DNA of 60,395 nt from a virus (Duplodnaviria > Heunggongvirae > Uroviricota > Caudoviricetes), in IMG/VR virus record IMGVR_UViG_3300028805_000073; one strand, given 5' to 3'. The notes below the pieces were generated by a model. The model was not told the origin of the DNA and searched no databases. It saw nothing but the letters and a program-made list of their open reading frames with translations. Below are positions 14,380 to 28,012 of this stretch, one piece after another. Made by a program: the position numbers and the translations under genes. Position 1 is the first letter of the stretch; each line of letters starts with the position of its first letter.

Positions 14380-16356
14380 TTAACCATTATTTGTACTCCA
14401 AGGTCCGAAGTTATTAGCTTTAGCCCAAGCAGCTAGCTTAACAACATCTTCGACTAAACAAGAGGTAGACAATACAAATCCTTCAGGTTGTACTTCAGTT
14501 AATCCAGATCCTGGAGTCCAAGAACTTTCTTCAACAATTAAATCTGGACAATAATATGTTACTCCATCTTTCTTTAATTGTCTTTCATAAGTTCCTCCAG
14601 ATATAGTAGCAACTAAGTCATTACTCTTAGAAAGTACAGCTGAAGAACCTTTAGTAGATACTTTATAAACTTTAATTACTCCACTATCATTATATCTTAC
14701 AAAACAAGTAGTATCTGCTGGTACTAATGTTCCATCTGCAAAATAAACAGGAGTTTCTTTAACATGGTTAGTAGGATTATAAAGGGTAGTATGAGCAGCA
14801 TCTATATATAATACATCAGCTTGTCTTCTAAATTTAGAAACACTACTATCCCAATATATTGTTTTCCAAGAATTGTTATAAGTAGCTAACTTAATTTCAG
14901 TTGGAGTTGTAGGAGCTTCAACATTTCCACTCTTAGTAAATTTCTTTTCTAAGAAAAGTACTTCAGCAGTAGAACCAAAATTTATAGTACCTCCAGACTT
15001 ATCAGGATTCATAGCATTAAGTCTAATTTCTGGTCCTTCACATTTCAATGTATCACCAAACCCAATAACTACATCACCTGTTTTAGCTTCAATATCTACT
15101 TCTTTACCTGATGAAATACTAATCTTTGGAGATTCAACTGTATTTAATACATAGTATTGACTATTTTCAGAAATCTTAAATTTATTTGTAGTACCAATAA
15201 ATGTATCAGCAGTTACTCCATTATATGTTATAAGTTTTAATTCATCTTTCTCATAATTTGTATTTGCTATAAGAGGGAATATAACATTATAGTCAGGAGC
15301 AGTTTGATCTAATGCTTCAGAAATAAAATAATAGTCAGATGCAGCAATTTTACAATTACCAGAACCAGAAATCTTTGTAGCCATTCCTGGAGCATTGTTT
15401 AAAGCATTAGCTGTAGTAATTATATCTTCAGTAGTAGCTTCAACAGCTTCTGGTTCAAAGAAATCATAAAAATCATCTGCTGGATTCTTTACATAATGTT
15501 GAGCAGCAGTTGCAGGTAATCCTTGTAAACCTCCTTCTCTCTCATCTATAATTGCTTTAGAAGAATTTTCTTTTTGGCGATAAGCCATCTTCCAAACACC
15601 TTTTTTATTAAAACGATATTCATCAGTAAAAATAGAGGTTTTTTCTGCATTAAAAGTACCAAATTCTAATCCATCACCTCCACCATGTTCAAACTTAATT
15701 TTATTCATGTGTCCGTCATTATCGTAACCTTTAGGTTGTAAAGCAATTCCACCATGTTTTTCACAACGTAAATCAATAGCTTGAGCACGTACTTTTAAAT
15801 ATCCTCTTTCATCACGTTCATTATCTGTACCTGAATCTAATGTTGTTCCAGTAAGAATTTTTACATCTAATACTTTAGCATCATCTGTTTTAAACATTGG
15901 AGTAGTAGTATCTTGTCCAGTAGTACTGTTTTTCTTCTTGGTAAGAGACTTATTTTTAGTATTTAAACTAATTTCTCCAGCATGTATTTCAAATTTAACA
16001 GGATTATCTTCTCCATCAATAGTTTTTAAAACTATCTTATCTCTTTTGTTAGGTTCTCTATGATGCGAACAAAACTATATATCATCACCAGGTTTTAAAG
16101 CAATGTCTCCGTAGTTTCCAGAATAGTTTGGAACATTATTATCCCACGCAGGCTCTATATTTACATTTTTTGGACTACCTAAAGTAACATTTCCTTTACT
16201 ACTAGTAGATATAATGTTAGAAGAATCAATAACTATAGTATTACCTCCATTATTATACGACTCTATTATTTCATCTATTTTATTGGTAACCTAATTCCAT
16301 TCAGATGCTTCTAAAGTATCACCTGTAACTTTGTTATTAAAATTTAATTTATTCAT
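14380..16356 (-). CDS. Virion/tail-associated protein (658 aa, TAG=Gln)
   Basis: The 505-aa track ORF extends upstream in frame to ATG 16356. Its N-terminus (EWN(Q)VTNKIDEII) resembles that of the 1-1019 gene. Confidence 0.7.
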
Positions 16357-16359
16357 ATA

Positions 16360-17886
16360 TTATCCAAGTATAAAGGGGAAAGTATAAGTAAAACCAGAAC
16401 TCTATCCTGCTTCATTTACTATAAAATATATAGTATCGCTATCATAAGATTCTAGTGAATTATACATATCCTATGTTAAGAATACATGTTTAATTCTTTC
16501 TTTATTAGCTTCTAACTGCTAAATTGAATTTACTAAATTATCTAATCTCTAATTTATTGTATTTATTCTATTATTTATATCACTTACTATATTATTTATA
16601 TTATCCTTAGAATAAACTTCATTAGAATTTGCTTTCTCGTTTAATTGATTTATTAATCCTTCAACAACTTGATTATTATCTAAATCTTCACTGAGTCTCT
16701 ATAAAGTATCAAGTATTTCAGGAGATACTCCTGCAACTTTTTCTATTTCTTGAGAAATATAAGACTTTACTGAATGTGGATTATTTTCAGAATTATTTCC
16801 TAAATTTCCTATCTTATTATCTATTTCAGATTTAGTATATACAAAAGTTTTTGGATATACATCAGCAACATTTGCTTTACCAGATATATCCTAATGTTTT
16901 GTTAGATATTTTTCATCACATTCAGATTTAGAATAAACACCTGTTTTATCAGCTTTTCCTGCTAATGCTTGTGATAAATTCTACATAACATCATCATCTA
17001 ACAATTCAGATAATCTCTATAAAGCTTCTAATGTTTCAGGTGTATCACCAACAGTTTCAGATATTATTTGACTTACATAACTTCTAGTCGCATAATTTTC
17101 TAAGTCGGATGAATCAAATTCTCCAGCTTCACCAGGTGGTCCAACAAGTGACTATAACCATTCCTCTTCTGAGGGTATAGGTTCACCTTGAGGTATACGA
17201 CTTATATATATTTCATAAGCAGATTTTCCATCATCGCCCGGAGGTCCTGGAGTAAGTTGAATGTTATCAATGTTTTCTTGTAATTGAACTAATACTCCAG
17301 CTGTATTTTCATTATTAGTATTAACTTCATTTACAAATTCATTAAAATCAGTAGTATTTGTTTTTTCTGCGATTGAATTTGTTAATGCAGTAACAACGTC
17401 ATCATTATTTTCAAGTTTAGCAGCAATTTCTTCTAATGTATCTAATTTTTCAGGAGCAGTACCAATAACTTCAGTAATCTTTTCACTAATTTTTTTATCT
17501 ACTTGTGTTGTTGTATAGACATCCGAAGCATCAATTTTTTTATTTAATTCTTCATTAAAGTTTTGTTCTAAGGCAGACAAATCTGAGCTGTCTGCCTTAG
17601 AATTTAAACCTTGAGTAAGTGACTATACATCTTCAGATAACTAACTAATAGTTTCTAATACCTAAGGAGAATTTCCCAAAGCTTCCTCAATTTTATTATC
17701 AACATCTGTTGATAAATCACTAATTTGCTATAGAATTTCATCTTTTGACTGAGTAAAAGATTGATTTATTTCTTCTTGATTGAGATTTAAAATTCTATCT
17801 TTTATTTCCTTTGATGATGTAACAAATCCTCCTTTAACAGCACTAGCTAGTTCGTTTGGTATATATGTAACTTTTGTATCACTCAT
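16360..17886 (-). CDS. Tail-fibre-like coiled-coil protein with APEKLDTLEEIA-type repeats (508 aa, TAG=Gln)
   Basis: In frame with track ORF 17152-17580. Has repeated APE.LDTL.EIA segments and short GPPG runs. Confidence 0.7.
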
Positions 17887-17924
17887 AATAATTTTTAATT
17901 AATTGTATGAATATCATTTTATAA

Positions 17925-20900
17925 TTAAGAAGACGCTGTCTATACAGTCCATCCTGAAGGAATACCATTGTTACCAATTAAATTCCAAGTAGCTGCAGAA
18001 TTCTTTATAAATGTACCGCTTGATGCAACACCATTTACCCAGTCTGAAGTATAACCATAAGAAGAATTTGGATTAGTCGAAACATCTGTAGTAAACATTG
18101 CTTTAATCCAATTCAATTTTACACAACCTTTAAACATACTAGCATAACAACCATCACTACTATTAGCATTGGTAGTATGGAAGAATGTTGTAGCTTTTAA
18201 TACAGGAGCTTTTTCTAATGATGTACATCCTTCAAACATAGAAGCACAACATCCGTTTCTTAACTAAACAGCAGATAATTCAGGAGCTACCTTTAATGAT
18301 GTACATCCATAGAACATTCTATTATAGCAATAATTAGCTAATGTTTCAGCAGGTAATGTAATAGTTACATTAACTAATGATGTACATCCATTAAACATAT
18401 CTTTATAACAATTCTCTGCCAATGTTGTAGCATATAACTCTGGTACGGTAGGCAGACTTGTACAACCATAGAACATACTTTGACAACAACTAACAGCTGG
18501 AACTAATTGTTCATCATCATTATAGTAACTTAAATTTTCTGCTAATATCTTTGGAGCAGTTCTTAGATTTGTACAACCATTAAACATATTTTGATAACAA
18601 TAAGGAGTTAATTCTGGTGATGACAATGTTAATTTATTTGCATTGATCAATCCAGTACAATTATAGAATAATGATGAGAATATCCTCTCCTTAATAATGT
18701 ATTTATCATATGTAAAATCTTCTCCGTTTGTAAGAGACATTATATCTCCTTCAGCATCAAAATTACCTGTTAATTCGAATATTCCAAAATTAAAACTATC
18801 AATATTAGAATTATTTCCTTTAAAGAATACTTTGTCTCCTTTTTCTACCTATATTGTTTCTCCTGAAGTTACTTCTGTCCAATTTTCTCCTAAATCTTTA
18901 GAATATTGTAAATTTAGATTAGTTACATCAGTTGAAAATTTAATTCCACTATTTCCTGAACTTACTGGAATAAGTGCAAAATAATCTGGATAAATAGTAA
19001 TTATTTTTGTATCTGATACTTCTTCATAAATTTCAGTAGCTTGTTTAGTTACAGTTATTCTATAAGTTCCAGGTTCAAGTGCGTATATTATACCATTTTC
19101 ATCAATATAAATTTGTTTAGAAGAAGCATTAATATATTCACCTTGTTCATTAGTCTCATTTAATTTTACAGAATATACAATATCACCACCACCTTCTTCA
19201 GGAGTCTAAACTATTTCTGTATGAACAACTTTATCTGGATCGTAATCATCATTGTTGTCATAAGATAATACTGGTGCTGAATCAATCCAATTAACGAATT
19301 CTACAGTTTGTTGTGGTCTTTCGGAAATTGTAAAGTCACAAGTAGCTTCACCTCTATTATAATTAGTTGTTTCTGGAATAATTGCTCTTACAGTATATTC
19401 TCCTGCATTCTATGGAGGATTATTAGTATATGTATTATCATTAGCACCTTTAACTTTATACTAATATGTTACAGTACCATTACCAGTATTACCAGAGACA
19501 GTTGGTGTATTAGCTTGCTAACCTACAGTCCAACCTTGTATAGATACTGTAGGATTTATAGGAGCTTTAGCAATAGTAAATGTAGCAGTAGATGTATCTC
19601 CGTTATAATTAGCTGTTGAATCAACTTGTGCTCTTATAGTATAAGTTCCAGCGTTAGTTGGTTTTGTACTAGAATATGTACTATCAGCTGCTGTACTAAC
19701 TTTATACATGTATGTAACATTTCCATTTCCAGTATTTCCTGTTAATACAGGATTTGATGCAGTACCACCATATGTCCAATTTGACATTGTAACAGTAGGA
19801 TTAATAGATGCCTTACTTATAACAAATGTATCCTAAGCTGTTCCACCTAAATAATTTGATGTTTCAGGTATGTTAATTACAAGTTTATAATTATCTCCTG
19901 CATTAGACGGAACATTCTATAATGGAGTATTTCCATTATAATATATATATGTCACAGTTCCATTTCCAGAATTTCCTGATACGGTTGGTATAGAAGCAGT
20001 TTCCCCATATACCCAGTCATTTATTGTAACAGAAGGACTAATAGATGCTTTACCTATATTTACTGTAACAGTTCTATAATTTGTATCAGTTGGGAACAAT
20101 TTATCATCATTAGCATTTACAACTTTCCAATAAACAGTATAATCTCCAGCATTTGTTCCTGTTATCTAATTAATATTATCTGTATATCCTGAATTTGGAT
20201 TTAGACTATATACCATTGTTCCATTTGTATTAGGATCAACTGAACCTGTATTAATTAATATCTGAGCGTTTCCATTATATGTTAGGCTCTTTGGTGTTGG
20301 TGCAGTAGGTTCATTTACACTCTTAACTCTAAATGTGTACTGAGCTGATGTCTTAGGACTGATATAATTATTATTATTATGCGTAACTGTGACTTCTACT
20401 TTATATTCTCCAACAGTTGTAGGAGGATTACTACCTAATGATGTTGAACCACTATAATATGTATATGTCTTTGTATTAGATATGTTTAATGTATCCAATT
20501 GACAACTTGGAACAGGAGTACTTGGTGTATTTCCTTCATACCAATCATCCATTGTAACTGAAAGATTAAAGTCAGCTTTAGCTATTGTCACATCAAATGA
20601 ACCACTCTAAGGCTAATAATTTGAATTTGTAGGAATAAATTCCCAAGTTACAGTATATGTTCCAGCATTTGTTGCAGTTTCATTAGTATATTTAAATGTT
20701 CCATCATTTGAAGAACCTGCATTATATAGTATCTATGGTGAACCAGTATATTTAAGTCCTGTTTTCTTTGTAGGTGCATTAAATGCAATATCACCTGAAT
20801 TAACTTTTAACATTACTTCATTTGACCAATCTGAAGGATAATAATTACTATCTCCAGCCCATCTTGCTTTTGTTGTTTTTGAACCTACAGTATTTAACTA

Positions 20901-21530
20901 ATTTCCATTACTCCATTGTAATGAACCGTGTCCTCCTCCTCCATTAGCAGTTGCTTCTGCAATATCTGGATATGTTGTAGTTGCTCCAGTTGCTATAGGT
21001 ACATCTTGGTGGGCTTTATCTATTGTAATATTAATGGGTTGAGATAACTCCTTTATACAATAAGAATTTAAATTTTCAGGTTCAAATTTCCAAGTAGCTT
21101 CATAAGTACCTGCATTTTTTCCATAGGTATAAGTAAAGTTACCAGGAACATTATTAGACTAACCAGTTGTGAATAACTGTTGTGACTATCCGTTATATAC
21201 TAAATTATTTATTGGACTTGGTTCAACTATAGTATAATCACAATTTAATCCAAGTGTAGTCTCATTTTTAGATATAGTACTATAATGATTATTACGATCA
21301 TATGCTACGGCTTTAATAGTATATTTTCCAGGACCCTAAACGTTAAACGGGTTATTATATACAGTACCATAATTATATTTTGGATCATATGATGGTTCAT
21401 TATCTTTAGCTATTGTATATCTTATATTATAATTACTATTAATTGTAACTGTTGCAGTAGATCCAGAACTTGAAGGATTAATATTAATAATTGGGGGTGG
21501 TATTATACCAAATAATCTTCTTCTAAACAT
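17925..21530 (-). CDS. Putative adhesin/receptor-binding fibre: Ig-like (MBG-type) repeats plus C-terminal BspA-like LRRs (about 1201 aa, TAG=Gln)
   Basis: Six track fragments share one frame. Repeats include TVTI.DW.YG...S.P.V.GN.GNG.VTY.Y and CY..MF.GCTSL..AP.L.A. Confidence 0.75.
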
Positions 21531-21549
21531 ATTTATCAAATTTAAAATT

Positions 21550-23358
21550 TCATTGAGTATCAGTTCTAACATAGTATGTCCAGTTTTCACCGTATATATC
21601 GCCTTTTATTAATAAATAACTGATTTCTGCATATTGATTACTACCTATAGTTATTCTAGAGTAACCTCCATCTATTACTATTATATTACGATCTTTATCA
21701 GAAAGTGTTATTTCTTTATCAGACCCACTATAATTATAACAAATAACATTTTCTATTGCTACTCCATTAATTGCATCTGTACTTTCTATAGTAGGTGATA
21801 TATTAGTATTTTCGTTTAACATTACAAAACGAGCTTTTATATTACTTGCAGGCAATGATGTTGGATAATTAGGTAACGTAACAGTTCCATTATTTTGTGT
21901 GTATGTATTACCATTAACACTTATTGATGTTGTTAATCCATCCTTACCATCTTTACCATTGTTGCCACGTTCACCTTGTGGTCCTTGTGGACCAGTTAAT
22001 GCAGCTAATTGTGCAGGCGTAAAGTCAGAATATTCAAATGCATCACCTTTCTCACCTTGTGGACCTTGAGGTCCTTGAGCACCTGTATCACCTTTCAAAC
22101 CTTGAATACCTTGAGCACCTTGCGGTCCTTGTGGTCCTTGAATACCTTGAATACCCTATATACCAGGATCTCCTTTAACACCTTGATCACCTTTATCTCC
22201 TTTGTCACCTTTGTCACCTTTGAGTCCAGCTAATTGTTCAGAAGTAAAATCATTATAAGTAAAAGGATCTCCTTTATCTCCTTTATCACCTTTGTCGCCT
22301 TTATCTCCCTTAATTGTTTCTACTTCAGCTAATTTAGTATCAATCTCATTTTTTGTATAGACATCTTCAGCATCAGCTTTTTTAGCTATTTCATTAGTTA
22401 AAGTTCCTGCTAAATTAGCATCATTATTTAAAGCTGCGGCAATTTCTCCTAATGTATCTAAGGCTTCTGGAGCAGCATTAACTAAGTTTGTTATCTTAGT
22501 ATTTACTTCCTATTTTGTTGCATATGGTGATAAATTAATCTCTCTGATTTTCTAGTCTACTTCTTCTTCTGTTGCATATGGTGATAAATCAATACAACTA
22601 ATTTTGTCATCTACTATTGTATGTACATCATCAAAATCAGGTTTTTCATTTATCTAATTTTGAAGATTGCTAATAGCATCATCATGTTCTCCAAGTTTAC
22701 TTGCAATCTTACCAAGTGTATTTAAATCATCATCAGCATTATCTATAAGATTATTTATATTATCATTAACAAATTCTATTGTTGCATAATTTTCTAATTC
22801 ACTTGAATCAAATGTTCCAGTTTCACCTTGTGGACCACGAGCAGGAATACCAGTATCAGAAGTTCCAATCCACCAATGTCCGTTTGATCCTATATATGGA
22901 GTCTCTCCAGAACCACCTTTAAGAGAAGTTAACCATTCAATTTCGGTTCCTTGATAACCATTTTCTACAGCAATTTGATAAGCTGATTTTCCACTAGGTC
23001 CTGTTTTCTCTTCTTTCCAAGTACCTTCTTTTACAACATCTTTTAGAATTTCAACATCTCCAACATTAATTATTAAAGTATCTTGACCTATTATAGTTCC
23101 ATTAGATAAACTTCCTCCATCAAATTCTAATATACAATTCTTTGGGATTTCTATAGTACCATCTAATAAATCATAATCCCATTTAATAACATATTTAGTA
23201 TTTTCACTATCAAAATCTAATTGAGAAAGTGTATTCGTACCTTGTGAAATATTTGGTTTTAAAACTTTTGTAGTATAAGTAGATAAAGCATCTAATAAAT
23301 TACCACAACAAGAATTATATACCTAAACTCTTATATTATCATTCATAATTTTATCCAT
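21550..23358 (-). CDS. Tail fibre protein with collagen-like Gly-X-Y repeats (602 aa, TAG=Gln)
   Basis: [11 protein letters not shown] and GDKGDKGD runs. The frame extends upstream to ATG 23358. Confidence 0.75.
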
Positions 23359-24709
23359 TTATATCAATGTTATATGTTCCTGTATTATATGTATTAATTG
23401 AGGTAAATATAATATATTCTCCATTTTCTGTAATAACAACTTCTCTTTTAAGTGGAATTTCTATTCCATTTAAGTCTGCTCTTATAAACTATTCTTCAAT
23501 AGGTTTACCCATAACTATATAAATATTATCATTATCTTGACAATTTATATCATAATTACCACGTAATCCTTCAGTAACTGGAATAGAAAATTCTAAATGA
23601 TTTGCTGCGTATGATAAAATCTAATCAGTTGATTCGAAACTTCCTGAGAATATAAAGAAATTATCTGGATATTTAGTAACAGTTTTAGATACTACATGTT
23701 CAATACCTAATATTTTTACAACACATTTTATTTCAGAGGTTTCTTCAATTTGAGCAGGGAAAGTAAGATCTTTAACATTATCTGCTTCTTTTAATAAAAC
23801 ATTGTTAGCATAAAATGAAACGTGTTCAAATGTTTGATTTTCACAAGCTGTTGCAGAAACATTAATTGTAGTATGATCTCCTATAAAATATTGAGGATTT
23901 ACTGACATATTTATTTCATCAGTTATTTCTCCTGTTATTGATCTTATCTTATTCCAAATATCATTTAAAGCAATAGTTAATGTTTTCTAATTAACTCCTA
24001 TTAGTTCATCATTTCCAAACTAATTAGTAAGTCCTGCTCCATTTGACATTTTTAAAGAAGTATTTACTAAAAGCTATAATTTATTTATTCTATCTTCTAA
24101 AGGAATTATTAATTTCTTACCAATATTACAATATAAAGTCTAATAAAGATTTAAATATTCTTCTCTTACAAATTTTTTTAATTCACCAAAGTGATCTAAT
24201 AATTTCTAATAATTTGCTATTAATTTATTATATTTCTAATCATTAGCTAGAGAATGTTCGTTAAAGAGTTGTTCTAAATTATTTAAACAGTTCATTAAAT
24301 TTTCACATGTCTCATTTAACTCAAATTCTATTTTATTATAATTATCATTGATTTTCTTTATAGTCTTGGTCCAAAGTTCCTATGTATTCTAATCTAATTC
24401 TTCTTTTGTAACATAATTTAAGAGAGTCTAATATATTACATCACTACTAAGAACTTTATTATAATTTCCTTGAGTTGGAGCAAAGTCCCAATTTATACAG
24501 CCTTCTTTAATAACTTCATTATCTATTTTTTCATCTAATTTTTTTATTATTTCTGGAATTCCTAAATTAGATCTAGCTTCTTCTTTATCATCGGATGTTG
24601 AAAATTCTGCTAACTTTTTATCTATTTTAAGAAATCCAGGTTCTCTGCTAGGAATTTTACATCCTTGATATTTTTGCCTATTTGTAAAATACTATATATT
24701 ATTCTTCAT
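23351..24709 (-). CDS. Structural protein (452 aa, TAG=Gln)
   Basis: ATG 24709 to TAA 23351, in frame with track ORF 23621-23908. Contains an EARSNLGI motif. Confidence 0.65.
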
Positions 24710-24935
24710 ATATATAAACTATTGATATTTCTTCTAATAAGAATTCTAAATCTGGCTAAATACCACATTCTAATTTACGAATAATAGACTAAAAATCACA
24801 AATTATTTTTTCCTTCAATTCACATAAATCACAAGGTTCTGAATAATCTTCAACACATAATTTTAAATTGATATTTTTTTCTATTATAGGAAATTCAAAC
24901 GGTTCCTAAACTGGATTACATCTACAATTTTTCAT
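24699..24935 (-). CDS. Small Cys-rich protein (78 aa, TAG=Gln)
   Basis: ATG overlaps the upstream TGA; open only with TAG readthrough. Confidence 0.6.
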
Positions 24936-25567
24936 TTTCTACAACCACATCCACAATTACTAGTAAATTCAGGTTGAGAAGAAGAACATAATCCATTACA
25001 TGCGGTTATTTCTTCTAACAACCTTTGAGCCTCTTCTAATTGGTCCATTTCAACTAAGTATTTTATTACATTCATCGCAGACCAAAGTAAATCTCTTTTA
25101 TATATCAAAGAACTATCTGAGTTAGGTTTATTACACATAGATGTCTATTGCTTAAATATATCCTAACAAATATTTATAAAACATTTCTTAAGATTACAAG
25201 TAGAAAAGTAATATAAATATTCAACTTTTACTTCAGAAACATTAGGATTTATATCTAATATTTCTTGTAAAGATACTTCCTATATATTATGGTAAAACTT
25301 TTCATCCTTATAATAATAAGGTTTACCTTCATCGATAGGAACTGTTAGTTTACAAATAGTATAAAATCCATCACCGTTACTATTGAATACTACTGGCTAA
25401 TGACGATTAGTTTTAATTATTGTTTGTGTGGGATTATCATCATCTTTTGAATTATTAAGTTTTAAAATAAATACTTGAATATAGTTACAATTAAAAGTGA
25501 AATCTTCTATAACTATATCACAATTTTTATTTGTTATTATTCTATTACAATTTTCTTTTTCACACAT
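24932..25567 (-). CDS. Portal-adjacent structural (ring/adaptor-type) protein (211 aa, TAG=Gln)
   Basis: Extends track ORF 24932-25138 upstream. C-terminus SNCGCGCRK; located directly downstream of the portal gene. Confidence 0.6.
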
Positions 25568-25569
25568 TT

Positions 25570-27747
25570 TTATACATTCTTAACCTCATCGTTATAAGGA
25601 TTGCTATCATATAACTACATAAGCTCAATTTGTGTACGTTTAGTATCATTTTCAGCTTGACTTTCTTTAAAAGTTCTTTCAGTTTTAGCTTTGAAATCAT
25701 CAACCTAGTATTGAAGTTGAATTTTTTCTCTTTCAATTTGAAGTTTAGCTTCATTAAGACTTTCAATTTTACTCTATGATTGTTCTAACTATTTTTGAGC
25801 TTGTTGTAAATTGTTTTGCAATTCTTCAACCTACTATGTAAGTTGTTGTATCTAATTGTTTTCAGCCTTCTATTTTTTAATAGATTTATTAACAACATTT
25901 TTCATTTCTGATAAACTTTTAGCCGTCATAATTTCCATTAAAATGTCAGGAGAAACAATTCCTGATTTTATAAATTCTGGAACAACTGCTCTTATTTGTT
26001 CCATTTCCTTGATTACTTCAGAAGAAGTAATTATATGTATATCATGATCAGTAACAGTAAAATATTTTGGTAATGCTGTAAATGTTTTCTATAATTTATT
26101 ACCTAATATTAATACTCCCGTCAATCCATCTTTATATACTATTTTAGCACAATTAAGAGAATCTAATAAAATTTCTCTTGTTACTAAATCCATCTAATAA
26201 TGCCATTGCTTAGTAACTATAAATGAATTATTTATTCCTGTTTGTACATTAGTTACTGCATCACGTTCTTGTATTCCATTTAATCTTTCTCTAAATACTC
26301 CTGTTATAGAAGATGTTGTTTGTTCTATAGAATCAATAGCTAATTGAATTGCCTAAATAGCTTGTACTTTAACAGTATCATCATATCCATTAAATAACTA
26401 ATTTAAAGGAGCTTGACCTGTATTTAATTGACCTTCTTGTGAAGTATCAATTAATGCCATACCTTGTTTTTTATAAGCTTTCCATTTCATAAGTCTTTCC
26501 GATAAATCATCACCTAATATTGTAGGTAATGTTGGAAGATTAATAAAATCTCCTACTGAACCAGACTAAGCTATTAGATTATCTCTGTAGAAATGTAAAA
26601 GATCATATCTATCTTGTAAAACCATACATTTAGTTACCATAGAAAATGGCTCTCCTCCTCTATTATTGAACCAAACTCCATTAACACTTAATGTTGCTTT
26701 ATTTGGAGCATCTTTAGTTCTTATTACATCTTCATTTTTTCCTTTTAATATATATATTTCAGAACCAATTCTTACTGTACTATATCTTTGTTCTATAAAG
26801 TTCTTATCCGTTTCTATCCATTCAACTTCATATACAGGAATAAGACTACTGTTATACCAATGTTGTTCTGGATATCCAGGAGTAACTTCCTCACCAGCTC
26901 TTATTCCATCAGTAGCAGGAGTACCGTCTTGATTATAACTTCTGACAAAATAAGAACCTGTTGTTTCTAAAGAATCTGTCCACATTTCTTCTATCTTTTT
27001 AACATCTTCTTTAGATAAATCTTTTCCATATTTACTAAGAATTTGATTTCTAGTTAGATATGTTCTAACTACTATTCTCTAACACTCATTAATATATGGA
27101 GAATCATAATTTAAATCTGGAAATACATTAAGTGGATTTAAACACTAAATGCTTATATTTTTACCAGAAGAAGAAGGAAGAACTCTATAATAAGTAAATC
27201 CAGAAACAAGTAAATCTATAAATAACTATTTTAATTTAGTTACAAGATCAATATTTCTTGATTGAATGATGTACTCGACAACATTCTATCCTGCTATTTC
27301 ATATTCAGAAATAAAATTTTCATTTATATCTTCTACTAATTTATCTAACTATTCTTTTATATTTAGATCTATCATATCTTTGCTACCTAATATTCGTAAG
27401 AGATTATTTTTGAGATTATTTTGTAGGAGATTTGCACATTCCGTAGCTATTTTAATTTGTTTTTCTCTAAATATATTATTAATAGTTTTATCATCTTTAC
27501 AAGAAACTTTTGGAAGTATTGGAACATTTAAATATTCTCCTACTAATGCATCAATATGTTTCCTAATTAAAGGAATAAACTCAACCGCTGTTGGCTACCC
27601 AATACCAAAGTTTTCTTCTAAATATCTAAACTACTCCTTGTCTCTTTTACAATTATAATAATTATATGATTTTTGCATAGTATAATTGTCTTTGACAAGT
27701 TCACCAATGGTTAAATCAGTTTTGCTAACAAGTTCTTCTTTCTTCAT
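25570..27747 (-). CDS. Portal protein (725 aa, TAG=Gln)
   Basis: N-terminal YLEENFGIG(Q)PTAVEFIPLIRKHIDALVGEYL matches my recollection of crAss-type portals. It lies downstream of terminase. Confidence 0.8.
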
Positions 27748-28012
27748 CTTCTGGATAAATTTTAACTCCTCTAAAATATTTTACTCTGTGTAATTGTCTC
27801 TAGACAAGTTCTTGTTCAACAAATTTTAAAAAATCTTCTGCATTTAAATCTGCAGCCAAATGTAATTGTGGTTTATCTGGATTATCTAAATCTATGACAG
27901 CCTTGTATCCAGTCCCACCCAACCCTAGTTTAGTCACTTTAATTCCTCCAGTGTATTTACATTTGTATTTACACTCGATTATTTTTAAAATGGCTTCTTC
28001 CATACTATTCAT
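27716..28012 (-). CDS. Conserved small protein between terminase and portal (98 aa, TAG=Gln)
   Basis: Track ORF 27800-28012 reads through TAG to TGA at 27716. Confidence 0.65.

Noticed and set aside
17925-18740. Diversity-generating retroelement target in the LRR C-terminus
   Set aside because: No reverse transcriptase or template repeat differing at adenines was seen in this window. It could lie outside the window.
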